Assembly: GCA_040954595.2 (NCBI GenBank)
Contig: CM082598.2
Coordinates: forward strand, 434,001-498,000
DNA: 64,000 nucleotides
Reading direction: 5' to 3'
Origin: Balanoglossus misakiensis
Lineage: Eukaryota > Animalia > Hemichordata
Numbering within the stretch: the first letter of the stretch is position 1; every line of letters starts with the position of its first letter. A program made the position numbers and the translations under genes. Under the pieces are notes generated by a model that searched no databases, was not told the origin of the DNA, and worked only from the letters and a program-made list of their open reading frames with translations. Positions 35,547 through 53,705 of this stretch are shown here, piece after piece.

Positions 35547-36056
35547 TTCACCTCCCATAACATATAGTTTTGCACACACCAGTCATAATTATGCACAGAA
35601 ATGTGAAACAAGTCATTAAAAGTATTGAAATTGTCATGCCTTTTTATTGTTCATTAACATAAATATAAACGCAAACACACAGAGTTCAAATGGGGGGTCC
35701 CTCATGGAAAAGAAATAAGTATCTTTTGTTTCAAAGTTTTATGATAAAGGCTTTGATGAAAGATAAAATATCTTACAAAATTGTTTTCACCTCAAACTGA
35801 AAGACAAAAGTTTTTGGGGAGAATTTTTGAAAGAAACACCCACATAAACCTCACAAGTGCATTGTTTCCAAAACAGAAATTCCTTGGGAGAACATTTTTC
35901 AAATGAAGATTTATAACTTTTGTATTTCTCTCAAAGAAAACTTTTTTGTTTGCCATGACAAATTCAATGCTCGGAAACAGCCATGTAAAACATAGCCAGC
36001 TCAAAAATATCTTTACAAACTTTTTCTCCTAACTCATTCTTCAAGGGGCTAATATT

Positions 36057-39076
<3,020 letters not shown>

Positions 39077-39084
39077 GTTGTCAG

Positions 39085-39125
39085 TGCTACCAAAATGGCG
39101 GACGTTAAGGACATGCGCAGACTGG
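39085..39125 (-). promoter_or_regulatory. PSMA1 proximal promoter / 5' UTR with YY1-like motif
   Basis: AAAATGGCGG at ~39092-39101 and CATGCGCA just upstream of the ATG exon. Confidence 0.35.
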
Positions 39126-39949
39126 CGAAGAGCAACGCCACCTACGACAACAAAATTAAAACGAAAGCATATATGAAACCACACATACAGAGAAATTGTA
39201 ACTATTAAATTAAGTAATTATATAAATTCTTCATAATGTTATAATCAGTCAGATTACAATGAATGAATGAATGAATGATATCAACTACTTTTGATTATTT
39301 ATTTCAATGTCAGTGTTCAGTAAAATCTGTCAAAATCGGACACCAAATTGAATAAAGAAGTGTCACGGATTAGACATTGGGTTTACCGTTTCCTGTATTA
39401 ATGTTGATCCTTGCAGTGAACATTGGAGTTTTTATTGCAATAACTTCATTACACTTGATTGATATCAATGTTTATAACCATCTTAACCTTTTAAAATTGG
39501 GTACTGTAAGTCAACTGAACCAACGATTATTAAAGGATGATATTGGAACCTTGGAAGGACTTCATTCATTCCAATGCGGAAATAAGATCTATGTATAGTT
39601 ACAGCGTAAATGGCAGTTTAACCCCCCAATTATTGTTGGACGTAGAGCATGGTGAAACTGTATACGCAATGTGAACTAGTTTCTCATTATAAGTCACGTT
39701 AACAGACACTCATTTTCCTAAGGGGAGTAATTTTCCTCTCATTGCCAGAGTTCACCATTACCATAGCGACAGGTTGCTATAGCCAAGTAATACAAGTTGA
39801 GTTTTGTGTGAAACTATAAAAGAATAGGTGCAATTTAAGTTTTACAAAAATTGTAACTTTTGTGCTGTTTAACATGATGGGCCAAAGTTTCATTCGTCAT
39901 GTGATAAATGAGATTGTCCTTGCTCGCACCAAAAACATGATAGCTATGT

Positions 39950-41260
39950 GAGATCTCGCAAGGTCTCCTGGTGTTCGGAATATGGTCTATTGACAAACCG
40001 CCATTTATAAGCATAAGTCTGCTCCTCAGAATGTATAGTAACTGGTTCGAGTGACATACACGCAACATTCCAAAACATTTTCGTAGCACATCAAGTCAGT
40101 CCTGCTTCATTTGAAGACCAGCTGTCAATTGTGACCAAGCTGTTGGGCGCCTCAGGGACTGTTCATTTCAAACAGTTCCGTAATCGGCGCATTATTCAGA
40201 AGAAAGCTGTCATTACTTCGACTGGGAAGAGAACATCCCATTAAAGCAACTATTTTATATAATCACCAACATTCATTTTGCATGTCTTTTATATTAACCA
40301 GACACGCTCCACTTCCTGACACCAGGGGTTACATCATTAAGTTGTAACTTCTTTCTGTTAGAAATGAGCAGCCAGTCCATTAGTTAACTATTACAACCAC
40401 TGCTTCAACAAGCTTTCCAGTTGATTATTGCCATCTACACCCAATAATTACTGGTCAAATACATAAGAAAAAAAATGCCCTTAAAATAAATACACTGCAG
40501 TTATATCATAGATCTTTCTGCTCTAGATCAGATGGCTTTGTCACTTTCACTTTGTACAGAACACTGAATTTATCAGGTACATGAATGATCAATCAATTCT
40601 TGTCCATCAACATTCAACTTCTTCTCAGAAATTGCTAGTTTGGAGTTGACAACATTTTCAGAGGGACAACTTTGATGTTGAACTGACAAAGGTTGATAAG
40701 CTTTAAGAATAGCGTCTCAGAGTCGCAGCTGGGTTGCTTGACTTGTTAATCAGGAGATTCCGCCATGTTAGAGACACACAGCAAATCACCAAGTGATTGT
40801 GGTTTCGCATGCGAGCGGCATAATTCTTCTTTTTCAATCATCTGGTTCTGCTTCGGGAATGCTGTTTATTATTAATACTCTCTTGCTCGATCGACCAGCG
40901 TCATTCAAATTTCCTTCTTGCACATGTATGCATCCTTTATCAAGAGAGATCTCTTAGAGCGAATGAAGTCTTGAAATCATTAGATTTATTTTTCTCTACT
41001 GATCCAGCTACATCATCAAAATTGACTTTCCAGATCGACTCCCAAAGTCAGTTGCTAGTGCTGAACCGAATAGATCTAAACTCAATATTATGAAATACGG
41101 TAATTCTTGCATTGTAACGGTATTGACTGTGATGACCTATATTTTAACACTGCAGTCATTTGTGGAGTGACCTTCCTTGAATTTTCCGATCAAGTCATCA
41201 CGAGGTTTTGCGACTGAAACTTTAGTCAATATATTTTCAATAAACCAACCGCTGGCTTTT
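39950..41260 (-). pseudogene. Highly decayed non-LTR retrotransposon (CR1/L2-type RT) relic
   Basis: Minus-strand fragments resemble the ordered RT motifs P..WK.A.I.P, RPISLTS, W+..FL..R and GVP.G, with many stops and frameshifts. Recognised by eye only. Confidence 0.35.
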
Positions 41261-44200
41261 CTTGGACTAAAGTCGAATTATTCGTTTTCCTGCGGTCATT
41301 GATCACCACCTTTGTTTACTTTTCTTTTTGTTTTTTTCCGTTTAGTCCTTCAAGTAACAATATTGGAAATCTATACCAGCTGTTACTTTGAGTAATGTAC
41401 AATACATTTGCAACATGCGTCCAGCACAATGCTATTTTCATATAGCTAGGTGGTAATATTCAATATGCAATCTACCGTATTACCCCATCTTAACAGTCTG
41501 AATGTGGAACTATACCGGTATATACGCTGGTTATCACTTTGGGGTGAAAACACTGCAAACGTTAACTAGATGTCTTTATCAGGACTCAATTATGTCATTA
41601 TTATGACTTAAATCCTGCAATTACCTTTTCGCAACAAAGTGGGTGTTGTACTGCACCTCTGATCAAAATTTAATGGGGCTAATTTCTAAAACTTGATCCT
41701 TTGTACCATCTGATGGCATTATCGTTAATTGACTCACCCAAAGGCAAAGTTGGCATGTGTGAATCTCCTGTGACACTTGGAATGTCCACCTGCACGCACC
41801 AACAGATAATTTTTGTTCCACTGTCAATATATCTTGGGAGCATGCCAGAAACATGTCCGAAAAGATGTTTTATGAACATGCAATTATAACGATACTGAAT
41901 GTTGATCATGTGAGTTTTGCGTTGTAAACTCAAAATGATGTATCAGAAACAACATGTAAAGTAGAGGATAAAAGACTATTCCACCCAGAAGCTGCATCTG
42001 ATCAACGTAGGCGGAAACTCGAGCTAGTAACACAGCCCAACAAATTATAGTCATGTTTTTGTGGGATTTCCTAAAGCCATCCTAATCGGCTTTCTGGTTT
42101 TCTGTCTCAAGGGATTCTAGGATTCTCCCCACCTGTTGTAAGGCCTCCGCAAATCTATTCCGCTGGAGCAAGTAGTTTACAAGTCACACAGGAAATTACT
42201 CGAGGAACATTTGTATGACTTCAATTTGTATCAAATTTGAGAGGATTCTGCAAATATGTCAAGCAATTCATTTCCTTTTAAAAATTTTCACACAGCAAGA
42301 TGATCAGTACGATAATTTGCAAAAACAAAGAAAGAACAACAATGATGTGGAAATTTCATCATTTTGAAGAAGTTTTTGATGTTCACTCAAGTTTGTAATC
42401 AAAATGGCTTTCGTTACTGACACGCACAGTACAGCATATGTAAGTATGAAGCATATATCATACAACTATCCATAAGTGTGACATCAAAATCAAGAAAGAT
42501 GAAAACACCAGCAGAGTAAACTTTTGGTAGACGCCCACTCACAAGCTTACCGGATTATAAGAGCAAATGTATTCCCCAAGTTATAGCTAAGGAAATTAAC
42601 GTAGCATGTCACGGCCATGCATATTAACGTTTGGCAATAAGGTTTTCATATGAGCTCTTACAGTTAGTAGCCTGGAAATAGATGGAGAGGAAGGTTGCTG
42701 ATTACAGCAAATTATTAGAGAACTTGAACCAATTCTGCAATGCGTACAGACCTTCAAAACATGTGTCAACTTTCCATGAGTTAATATCTCTCCATAATTC
42801 TGACATTGAAATGTGCATTCACTCCTCTTATTTTAACGATCTTTCTTAATTTTGCTGTACTTTGCTCAGAAGCCTGATTGTCTTGGAAAACACACCTGAA
42901 CATACAGTCATGGTAGTTCTATAATAATTATTACACAATACTGGTAGTTCCAACTGAGTGTCTGGACAGGATCATGGCCAATCACGTGTTATAAAATGAC
43001 TTCTCAAACTCACAGAAAGCAAAACAGTAAAACTGAGAATCTGCTGTTACAATTATTTCATTTGAGACTCAGGATGCATAAGTGGGCTCCTGGTAAATGC
43101 ATACAACCCTATCAGCTTCATTAAACCTCCGAAAAACATGAAACGCAACACACTGCTTCTCGCAAGATGATACTGCCTTTATATAATGAATCATTACATT
43201 TGATTGAAATTCACCATTTACCTGTATGCTGATTTCATTATGAAATGTCGGGAGAGAGATTATTTTTGATACAAGACTACTTTTTAACATATGATACCAA
43301 TATACGCTAAACTGTCTATAATTCAATTCCAATTGTAAGGATGTAACATAGTAAATGGAATCAAACTGAGGAATACAATGATTGTTCCGTCCCCATTCTA
43401 ATGAGGACAGACAGAAAATGGCTCATGATAAGATTATATCAAAGTTAAGGAAAAAAAATCGACTGTTAATTCAATATAGTTTGTGGCAATTCAAGTAAAT
43501 TTAAGCACAATAATTAATCGCTGATGCTTATCAAGGCATAATTCATTTTCAGGAGATTGTGTCTAAAAGGGAAACAACAACTTTTTTACTCTCTGTTCTT
43601 GAATATTTCTATAATATTTTCTGCCTGGAGAACAGAAAGAGAGTTTTCCAGCGAAACATCGAAACAACATATCCCTTCTGTAATTGTCTGATTCTTTCTC
43701 CCCAACCGCAGGCTGCAATGTTCTTGCATGTCCCTTTACAACGGTTGTCTTGGCAACGTGACTGAGTCTGTCCTCAACAAAACAGGAAGTTCTAGATGTC
43801 ACCTGTCATAAATGCTACACTAAAGATTACCGCTTGTAAACTCCCTGAAGCTTATCCATTCCTCAACATTTCCTCACATATCAAGACAAGTGCTAATGAT
43901 CAATTCAACATACGATTTGTTCTGTCTTATCTATGTCTTCTTTATCAAGTGGACTTTATCTTAATATGTTTTTCCTATCGCCAGCATCATCAGTTAATTG
44001 TTTTTTCGTAAAGTATAGTCTTTTTCAGACTCTTTAAGTCATCAATTGAAAATCTCTGATTTTGTTTTGTCAAAGATTTAAGAAAGATAATTAATTGATT
44101 GACGTTACGTTGCCTGTTTTATATACTTGATAAGACGTTACCAGGGAAACTCCTAACAGTCACAATAGCAGCATGGGCATCAGATGTTCAAGTATGACAA

Positions 44201-46379
44201 TTATGCGGATAAAATTGGTTTGTTATCAAGCAATTTTCTTCAATCTCATTATACCTAATGTTTCCTTCTCTGCATTATTTCAATGCAACTTGATTCTTGA
44301 GTCTTCAACAAGATGTCTACACAAGTTTGACTTTCAGAGGAATGGGAGCAATCTACACTAATTTGTTTTCATATGCTGCAAGCAAAATCTTCTGTGTGAA
44401 ACTGATGCACGACTAAACTTGTTATCATACAGAGGGCCAGGCGAGTATGAGTGACTGAGTGTGTCTGATGTTTCACCATTATTTGAGTGCATTCAGGAGT
44501 CATCATTTAGTCAATCTGGCTATATTAGGGAACTTAACATTTGAATTGAGACAGATGGCGGACATGCAGGAAGAGACACACTCAGAGAGACTCACCGATA
44601 GTGACATGAAGGAGAGATAATTCTCAGACTCCAAAGAGACTTAGTCACATACAGTCGTACACACAGAGAGAATTATCAAAGCGTGTAAAAGGAGAAATTT
44701 TCGTGAACAATAAATTTTCGCAGCTTCGCGGGAGAAAAAAAACGTGCAAATAAAAAGTCGCCTTAGAGATATCGATGCAGTAAGTGAAATATGAGAACAC
44801 GAAAATGAATCATCTCGTAACAGTTGCCTCTTTTAAGGCATGGGTAGGATGTGGGCAAGACCGACTGATCGAAAGTTCTCAAGATAATGTGATAGTTTGA
44901 TCACGGTCTGAGGCAGACACGATGAAAATCATTTGAGAAAAATGGTGTCACTGTGTTCAGCAAAGAGTATGGAGGAGAGCTAAAAGTGGCAGCCATGGGG
45001 CTTTCATGACTCGTTTGAGGTCTGTCAGAGTTCAGTACTGGGTGAGAAAAACATCAGAGTCTACAGGAGCAACTAGTGCCTTATTAAAGAGAGTATACTT
45101 TAATAAAAGATGATATTTTCCAGCTAGGTTTTAGCTGATCCCATATACCATCAGATGTTCCATACCATTTTGCAATTACAATGGCTTCCACATTTAAACT
45201 TTCCCCCCACACATCTTGCAGATGCCAAATTGCGCACATTAGGTGAAACCTGCTGTTAACAAGGCCCGCTGCTGTATAATTTACTAACGTATTTCTGAAG
45301 AGATTAATCCCATTCACTCTTCAGCTAGCTAGCTTGACTCTTAATTCTTTCATCATCCCATTTGCGACATTCGGTCCTGCTGTTTCACAGACGCAGTCAA
45401 ATTTTCTTCTCGGAACGAGGCATTCCTGTTTGCGTATAAATCCCTTTGCTTTTACATTTTCTGTGTCTAAATTATCATTTGTGAAAGGTCACACTCTTTG
45501 ACGAGCTCACTTCATTTTTCTGTATTTTTCTTTGGCTCAGTTTTCTACACTCTATAAGAACGTTAGTCAACAAGCATAATCACAGGAAGTACAATACTTC
45601 ATTGTATGAATTCAGTGACAATGGTTTACTGCTTCCAATTATCGAGTACAGATGCGACAGATACAACCACCACAGTTATGATACATAAATCGTTAGTGAC
45701 GTCGCGGATTGACGTACAAGTGTGTCTGCCCAAAATAAACGCATCCGTATCATATTTTCCAATGGCATATGTGACATAGGGTACGGTACATGTATGCCAA
45801 ACCTTTTTGTTTGGTAGATCTTTTCTATCATTGAAATACGAGAGCATATACTTTGTTGTGAATGACGTAAAGTCGACATGAAATTAGAGATAAGTAAAGT
45901 TCATTGTGTGTAAGGCGTCAATAATAAACTGTTCTGAACCTATACTTTCTAGGTCATACAAAACATTTCCATTAAGAAACACAAAAATACATCGACTGAG
46001 ATGATGAAATCTTTGAAAGTTGAATGCATACTTTTGCTTTGCTGTTTTCATATTGATTTATTTGTTACATGGAATGCAGTACAGACTTGCATGGACTATT
46101 AAAAGTTGACATTGTTATGCACACACATAATCAACGCTTTTATGAAACGTTCGTGGTGTTGGCTTTTTTATACAAATGTAGAATGAAACTCATCTTCAAC
46201 TGTGTTTGTGCAAATATTCTAGTGAAAAGTTGACACTCCCACCTAAGCACATGTACGCTCAACGGGAAACATACAATTCAAATCACAAGAAGACACTTTT
46301 TATCCCTGGGGGGATAAGAGACTATAAAACAAACATCTCACAATACGTATGACATACTGGAAGAGACACACGATAGCTT

Positions 46380-47100
46380 CTTTGAGTTTCAACAAATGTC
46401 ATTCCTTTTTGTAAAGAAAGAAAACTAGAATTATTTACATGCCTGCAAGCAGGTATCGAAGATGGTGGGATTTTACAGGCTATGACTGTTTTCAAGAAAT
46501 CTTCTAAGATCAAAGTCAGCTGGTACACAGAGCTGGGTTTACTTTGACATGTCAGACTGTGATTCTGTCCCTCATTTCCGTTGCTCAGTGTACGCCTGCC
46601 TATCTCTTTAACCTCAACCAGTAATTTTTCCAGCGATCCAATTTGAGAAATACAATTATTTTTCAACGTTATTCATTCTTGTTAGGAAGGTGATATAACC
46701 TTTTTGTCATTCTCCACTGTTCACAAGCACAATATGTCTAAGGTTTTTGATGAAATCTGATGAATTCTGTTGATGGCATTTAAAGGGCAATCAGTGTTGC
46801 CTGATAAATTTTGTTACACGTATCAAATTTTCATCAATCATGACTAACCAATCGTCTATTTTCCTCTTTGAATCATCCAAGTGGTTGGAGTGTGAGATAT
46901 CTACAGCATACATTTTCTCCTCAGATCACCTCTCCTTATCATCTAGCTGTCACTGAGTCTTAAATTGTGATGATAACCGTCACAAACAGATGCACAGTGT
47001 TCGCTACTACCGTATTTAGACCACCTGAATTTTCAATGCTGTATTAATGCACTAAATGTGCATGACCACCCTATTTTGCAAAGTATATCGTATTGCCATG
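46380..47100 (-). pseudogene. Possible decayed LINE RT relic
   Basis: Faint DF.KAFD-like and WI..F...R-like traces on the minus strand. No intact frame. Confidence 0.2.
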
Positions 47101-48413
47101 GTGATAAATCAATATCAGAAAAGTAAACATCAATTGTGGAGCGATGTGATAGATCAATGAAATACATTAAATTCATCAGCGACTTACAACTGAGTACGAC
47201 CAGTGATGTGCTGGTAATAATGCTCCAGCTATAATTGTCAACCAAACACTGGAATTCATATTGTCAATGGGTAAATGTATGCTGATCATCACCACTATAG
47301 ACTACTATGTTCTTTTCCTCAATCGAAATATTCTTGCCACAATTGATCACTATTGAATGATACCAATTCATTTGCAAGAAATATTCATGATGTGATGTCT
47401 CTTTGCACAATTCTCAACTTCAAAATCTCTGACTGTACCAAACTTCGTTAACAGTACACTGTAATCTGATTAAGACATTAGGAATACAGACAAAAACACC
47501 CATTCCTAATGGAGGAAAAATGACTCTTGCCTTTTGAATAAACAAGAAAAATCTGCCTCTGTATATTTGGCGTCATTTCTCAGAAATGATTTGACTGTAG
47601 CTGTCTTGTCTACAAAAACAGACATATACGTGTACTTAACACAATTTTGGGAGGAAATATCGGAGACAGAGTCACGATTTTCTGTATGTTTATCGCATTA
47701 AAAAGTGCAGTGTTCACTGGAGCAAACCTTCCAAGTCTCAGAAGTCATTTGGTCGGACGGAAATTGAATTACAGAAACTGAAAAATACTAGTAGTCAAAA
47801 AGTAGTTCCCTCAGGCCATTTTTAATCAGAAGACAGAAGTAGGAAATCTCTCCAAACTTCAATGTGATTATAAAAATCAGATGTTCTCACCTGCTGCCTT
47901 TTCAGAATTTCTAGCAATGTCACGAAATTCAGTGATATCTTTGCACCATAAAAAGCATAGTCAGAACATTTTCTGAAGGAAAGGTATTGCTGGAATAGTC
48001 TGTGCATTGAGTTGATATTAAAGTAACAGCATTAATTTTGAAATCATCTTCGAAATTATTCAGTTATACCGGCAGAATGAGAAACACCTTCAGTGCATGA
48101 TCCTTCAAGTTGTAAAACATTTGCGGTGAAAACAAATCTGGAAACTTTCCAGTGATGACCTACTTATCATGACAACTAGACCACTATCAATGTGAATGGC
48201 CTACATCTCAAATGCCAAAGGCAATGATAGACTTGCTCCTTGAATAATAACCACAATGTCGATTTATACACACTCGATTTCTATATATAAACAGACCATT
48301 CAGAGACAGCGATCGAAATTGTGGAACGTAATATTCCCACTGGGAAAGAACCTCCCAGGCAGTTGACATTTTAGCTGAAAGAACCTTGTCTCATATTTGT
48401 TCAAAATTATGCT

Positions 48414-48457
48414 TTAAAGGGACAAAGGGCAGCGAAAGAGAGACTTTGTCCCTTTAA
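48414..48457. mobile_element. 44-bp TTAA-flanked mini-MITE (Kolobok-like ends)
   Basis: TTAA|AGGGACAAAG-ggcagcgaaagagaga-CTTTGTCCCT|TTAA. Related ends at 62017-62049, ~34125-34144 and 63590. Confidence 0.65.
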
Positions 48458-51400
48458 TTACATGCGATACAGTCATGATGGTTGGTGGTAGTCTTCTATG
48501 ACATTCGCAAATTTTAAAAGCACGCGTCAACTAACTTTTCATCTGATAAATTATTTACAGTTTTGGAAGTGGCAAAACATTGTGCCCTGGTAGAAACCAC
48601 ACTTCACAGGTGGCCAATGTTTTGATAAAATATACCTAACATTCCCGCAAGGAATGTTATGGGGGTTGTGGAAGAACTAAATGTTTCCTGTACGTGTCAA
48701 TTATGCATTCTCACACTCCTGGCTCTCACTGAATCTAAAGGTGTATATGACGCGAGCGCTGATTGGTTGACAAATCGTTCTTTAGTCAACGCGTGCTTAA
48801 TGTTATCCCAATGGCGCGATGTGTATTACATGGACAGAACTTACATGCCAGGCGACAGTTCCAGAGTCAACTATTCAACGTTTCTAATATTAATTTGGCA
48901 AATGTATGGTTGTGCGAGAAAATAATCTCACACACCAAAGACCTGGGGATCATCTTTCTCACACTCATCAGGGATATTGTGTCCCTGTGGCTCGTGTGGG
49001 ACAAAATAAATCCCCAACTCGTGTGAGAAATAAGATCCCAGGTCCTTAGGAGTGTGAGATTCTACTATTCTTTTAAAAGATGAACAACAGTTGGTTGAAC
49101 GCAGCAGAAACAAATCTTTTAAGGTCCTGTGCACTGACCCAGCACATGATGATGAAAGGAGGTGTGCATGTAAGGTATTCTGTAATATCGGAGGATGAAA
49201 GGGAATACAAAACAGAAAAAAAATCATTTCCACGTGTGTAGGTGTATAGCTGATGTTTCTGATTCATCTGCAATTTAACAGTTCGATTGACGATCAAAAG
49301 GAAACTCACTATTTTACAGAGACGAGTAATTGCTAAAAATTGTGTAAGTGAGCAAAAATCATTGTGGTATTAAAATCAATCAGTAATTGCAACTGAATTG
49401 TTACCAAATTACGCAAAAGAAAAAAACGCAAAATTAGGCACCTGCATATGAAAATATGAGCTGTTTTGAAACTCTGCATACTGTACAACTATAATGAAAT
49501 ACGCAAAGTTACGAAAGAACGCTATTGGCAGTATTGTATGACGTGGGACGCCGATAGAATTTCCACATCCAAGCATTTTTTTGCAGCTGGTTGGTGTATG
49601 GGTACAGTGTGTCTCTACGACAAAGAAGCCGAAATTTAAATATGAAGAAGTTAAACAATAAATGGGTGTCACTCCAGTTTATTCATCCACCCATTGCAAC
49701 TGCAGTGGTTTACACACAGGGGTATAAGAGTCCCCACAAATTCAAAATGGCGTCGGTTGTTGACTGATGATACGGAGAAGATAAGTACTGTAAAACGGGT
49801 CACAAAGCAGAGCCCTGTCATTATAGGGCGTCATGTTTACGAGTTATATATTGTAATCGCCATCACAATAAAATGGCCATGTGCGGAATGTGTCAAATGA
49901 GTATTGTTATCTTGAGTTTAATGTGAAAGTACATTGTATGATACACAGTCAAGCATCTATCATTTAACTAACATGAAATAGGGTCATCTCTTTGTGAGCA
50001 GTTGGAGCTTCAGGTGGTGAATGAGCAGTGACATAAAATGTGACAGATTGAAGGGAGCCCACAGCCATAGTACGGTTTGCATTGATTACTTTGACAATGT
50101 ATCCTTCGAGAGTGCTATAGCTAGTTGACTTCATCCCCAAAGGACGGCCGGGAAGTCAAGATTCGCCATAAGCCATGCTTTAAACCGGTCCAATGTACTG
50201 CATAAGCTTTCAAACAACTTGTTAAGAAACTACTGATACAGAAGCTTTAATAGCCAAAGGCGGTACATCAACAAACATCAAAACTCAATTGTGTTCATTC
50301 AGCTATCAAAGTTATTTGGCACATAGCTGAGAATCAGTTGCAAAAATGCCAAGCTGTCAACAATGGAATCTTAAATGGCAACAAACATGCCTTCAGAAAC
50401 TTCTATCAAAGATCGACGATTTCAATTTCTGTCAGTGAAGGAAACTCAGATTTGGTAAGGTACTAGCTCACAACTCGAAAATTAAAGTCTTGAACTTTTC
50501 TCATATTTAGCTCAAGGCAACTTTAGGTTATTCTGTTTAAAGCTGATAAAATGCTGAACATGCTGTTGTTACTATGGAAAATTGAGACGTAGACAAAAAA
50601 GACATCACGCATGCATCTCAACCCTATCACTGTCTGTTAATTTTTTGTTGAATATCATAGAAATCAGATCTGGTAGAGTCAGCCACAGTTTAAGTATACT
50701 GTTAACTATGCATACCCCCACTGCATGTTGCACACTTTAGGTATATAGTGATAATCGTGCAGAACTTAAAAAAAGGTGCAATCGACCCAATTTCTTTATT
50801 TGAGAGGAGAACACATTCTGATATTATTCACAAGGAATCTTCTTGTGAATTGGGTCAGTCACACACGTCAGAACCATATTATATACCTACTTCCAGTTTC
50901 ACATACAATTGTTCCTGGTTATGCGCAAATCCTCTGAAGAAGTCGGGGAAAATCGTCATAACAACACACATTTGAATGCACTCAACAAAGTATTAAAATG
51001 TCTGAATCTGCACAACTTGGCTGCTCCATTTAAGCGATGAAAATTATCTCTACTTGGTTCTAGTTTTATATTTTCTATCAGGTTCCCTATATTACAGCTT
51101 GTACTCAAAATGCCCGTGTTGTCTTTTGTTGTTGAAAAGTACATATTTTTCGACAGATTCTTTTCTTATATGGTCATGAACTCTCGGGTAGTTTTCAAGT
51201 ATGTGTACTTTCTTTCCTGGAAGCGGTTTTAACGAACGCAAAGTCCGAAACGCACAGGCCTTATATACTCTCACCACAAGTAAACACCAGTAACGATGGT
51301 ATTGATGAGCTGCATGACTGGAATGAATGAATGTGAGTCTAAATAGAGATTCAGAACCCTGCGGTACTTTGAACAGCAATCGTGCTTGCAATCATTTGTC

Positions 51401-51799
51401 CCTGAGGTCTTTGTCACATTCACTGTCAAAGAACAGCTCCGAAAAGTCGAGCATCCGCGAACATCAATTGACAAAGAGATGAAGATGTGTCCATGAGATG
51501 AACGTCTTTTTAGAAGGCAATTAATTTGAAACCAGTATTTCCTGTGATCTGGCAGAACGTGAAGCGCACTTCCGTTAAGAGCTAAAGCATTTTAGAAGCA
51601 ATTTCACATTTGCAACTTCACTGTATTAATTTCTTCCATCTGAAAGCACCTCAAAAAGAGCACTTGATCTGTACGCTGTATTCATACTTAAATATCCCTG
51701 TATGCCGACAGATGTGGCCAAATGAAAGTGGTGAGGAATAACAATGGGAAGGTGATCGGCGCATCTAACTGGCTATTGAAACATATCCTTATTTTGGGA

Positions 51800-51890
51800 T
51801 GTGGATTTTCCGTAGTGGTTAAATAGTGCTCGGACTTGCTTGCTACGTGAATTGGTTCAGTATAGGCCTGGATTCAAATCCCATGGCCAT
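51800..51890 (+). mobile_element. Degenerate tRNA-derived SINE head
   Basis: A-box-like ccgtagtggtta and B-box-like ggattcaaatccc at tRNA-like spacing. Confidence 0.35.
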
Positions 51891-53006
51891 TACAAAATAC
51901 CAGTCGATTAGGAGAGCCACTGTAATTCAAAACTCATCAACTGCCATACGCATCATCATGCATATGTACCGTAGATACTGACGTGCAATGGATGTGCGTA
52001 TAGCACCTACAACAATGGGAACTATGAAATACGTTGTGATATTTTACAAATCATGACTGCCACTTTCAGCAAGCACAGATGTTGTACCCACGAGTAATAA
52101 GGGTGCTTTATTACTCCCCCAGCAGGAGTGCTACATGTGGTACCTCATCTTCTAAATGGGCTTAATATCAAAAATCATCTTCAGGGTATTTTAATCACGT
52201 GCCGCGATCCATATGCTGTTAACAATTCTACAGTACCAAGTTTTCCATCACCATCCATCCTATTTCAATACCATTAAAACAAACAGCAAAATACTTGAAG
52301 ACAGTCTTTCTTGGCAGAATGACACAAATTCCATTTTCTTTCTCACTTTTGCTAGAGGGAATTGAGGTTGTTAGGCTGAAGATGTCTATTTTTGAAATTA
52401 CGTCAAGGAATATAGCCCTGAGATGTTAATTTTTGTGGCATATAGAGAAGAGTAATATTACTTCTTGCGGACTAGCTATTATACATAACTTTCGATCCCT
52501 CCATTTCAGATTATTACAATTACCTGAGTATTCATTTGAAAGTGAATAGACAATTTTTTCGCGAATATCCATTGTAGCTTACTTCAAGGCATACAATTCT
52601 ACAAATGTATACTTTCTTTTTTGGGAGATGTTATAAAGACGATATTAAGATCTACAGTGAGGTTTGGCTAGCTGCAAAACCCCAAACGTTCCTATGCCCA
52701 CAAAATGTTTTCATATCATTTTAGAGCAAAGGAATTTTGAATAGAACATTCTTGTAGAACCTACCTATGGTAAATCTGAGCATTTTTTAAATTATTGGCC
52801 ACTACATAAACTTGTTTGAAATTCTGACACACATTTGCAACATTTCTAAGTGACTGATATTTTCTCCAAAGGGGGTGATGGTTTAGGCCTTTGAAATAAT
52901 ATGGTCTACCACTCCGTAATATTGCATTAGAAATAACTAGACTTTCAACCATTTTAAGGTTGCCTGCATTTACTCGCCTTCTTTCCTCAGAGAGTTCTAA
53001 CATCCT

Positions 53007-53099
53007 TTAACCCTTTCACCCCTAGATTCCTCTATAGAGGTCCAGACTTACCTTAGGAAACAATGGATTTGGAGCAAACCATTGTGGTGAAAGGGTTAA
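53007..53099. mobile_element. 93-bp piggyBac-like MITE (family P1)
   Basis: TTAA|CCCTTTCACC ... GGTGAAAGGG|TTAA: TTAA target duplication and CCC-starting TIRs typical of piggyBac. Confidence 0.8.
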
Positions 53100-53647
53100 A
53101 ACTAACCAGTCTGTGCTTGTGAAAACTGTGCCAATCAATCACATCTATTGACCACACACATTATAAAACCACTGCAGTTTTATATCTAACAAAGACAGTG
53201 TCTTACCGGTAGCTCTTATTCTTTCTGTCTGGTTTCTGGATGCCTCGGCCTTGAATTACTTTTCTGATGGCATCATCCGCTGTGATACAGTCTCGCTGTT
53301 GCCATGAGAACGGAAAAACGTAAGGCACCCTTTTGCAGATCTGCTTGCATGGCATCTCTGGTTTACCCTATTGATTGAACAAAATAAATGTATTGAGTAA
53401 ATTTGAAAATAGTTTCAATGAATTATTCAAACCAAATATAAAGATTTGACAAAAATAACTAAAGTAGAAGTTTTTCAGAAGAATTTCATGACAGCTATGC
53501 AACAAGGAACATATGGATAGAGAATTTTTACAGCATGTTCACGTAATAATTTTACAGAGAGATAAAAACCACCTCTCTTGCAACATCTATGGACCAAAAG
53601 ATTACAGTTGTCAAAGACCTGTTTCTACGGACACATACCGGTAGATA

Positions 53648-53705
53648 CACACACACGCACATACACACACATGCATGCACGCACGCACACACACACACAC
53701 ACACA
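53648..53705. repeat. (CA)n microsatellite
   Basis: Directly visible. Confidence 0.85.
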
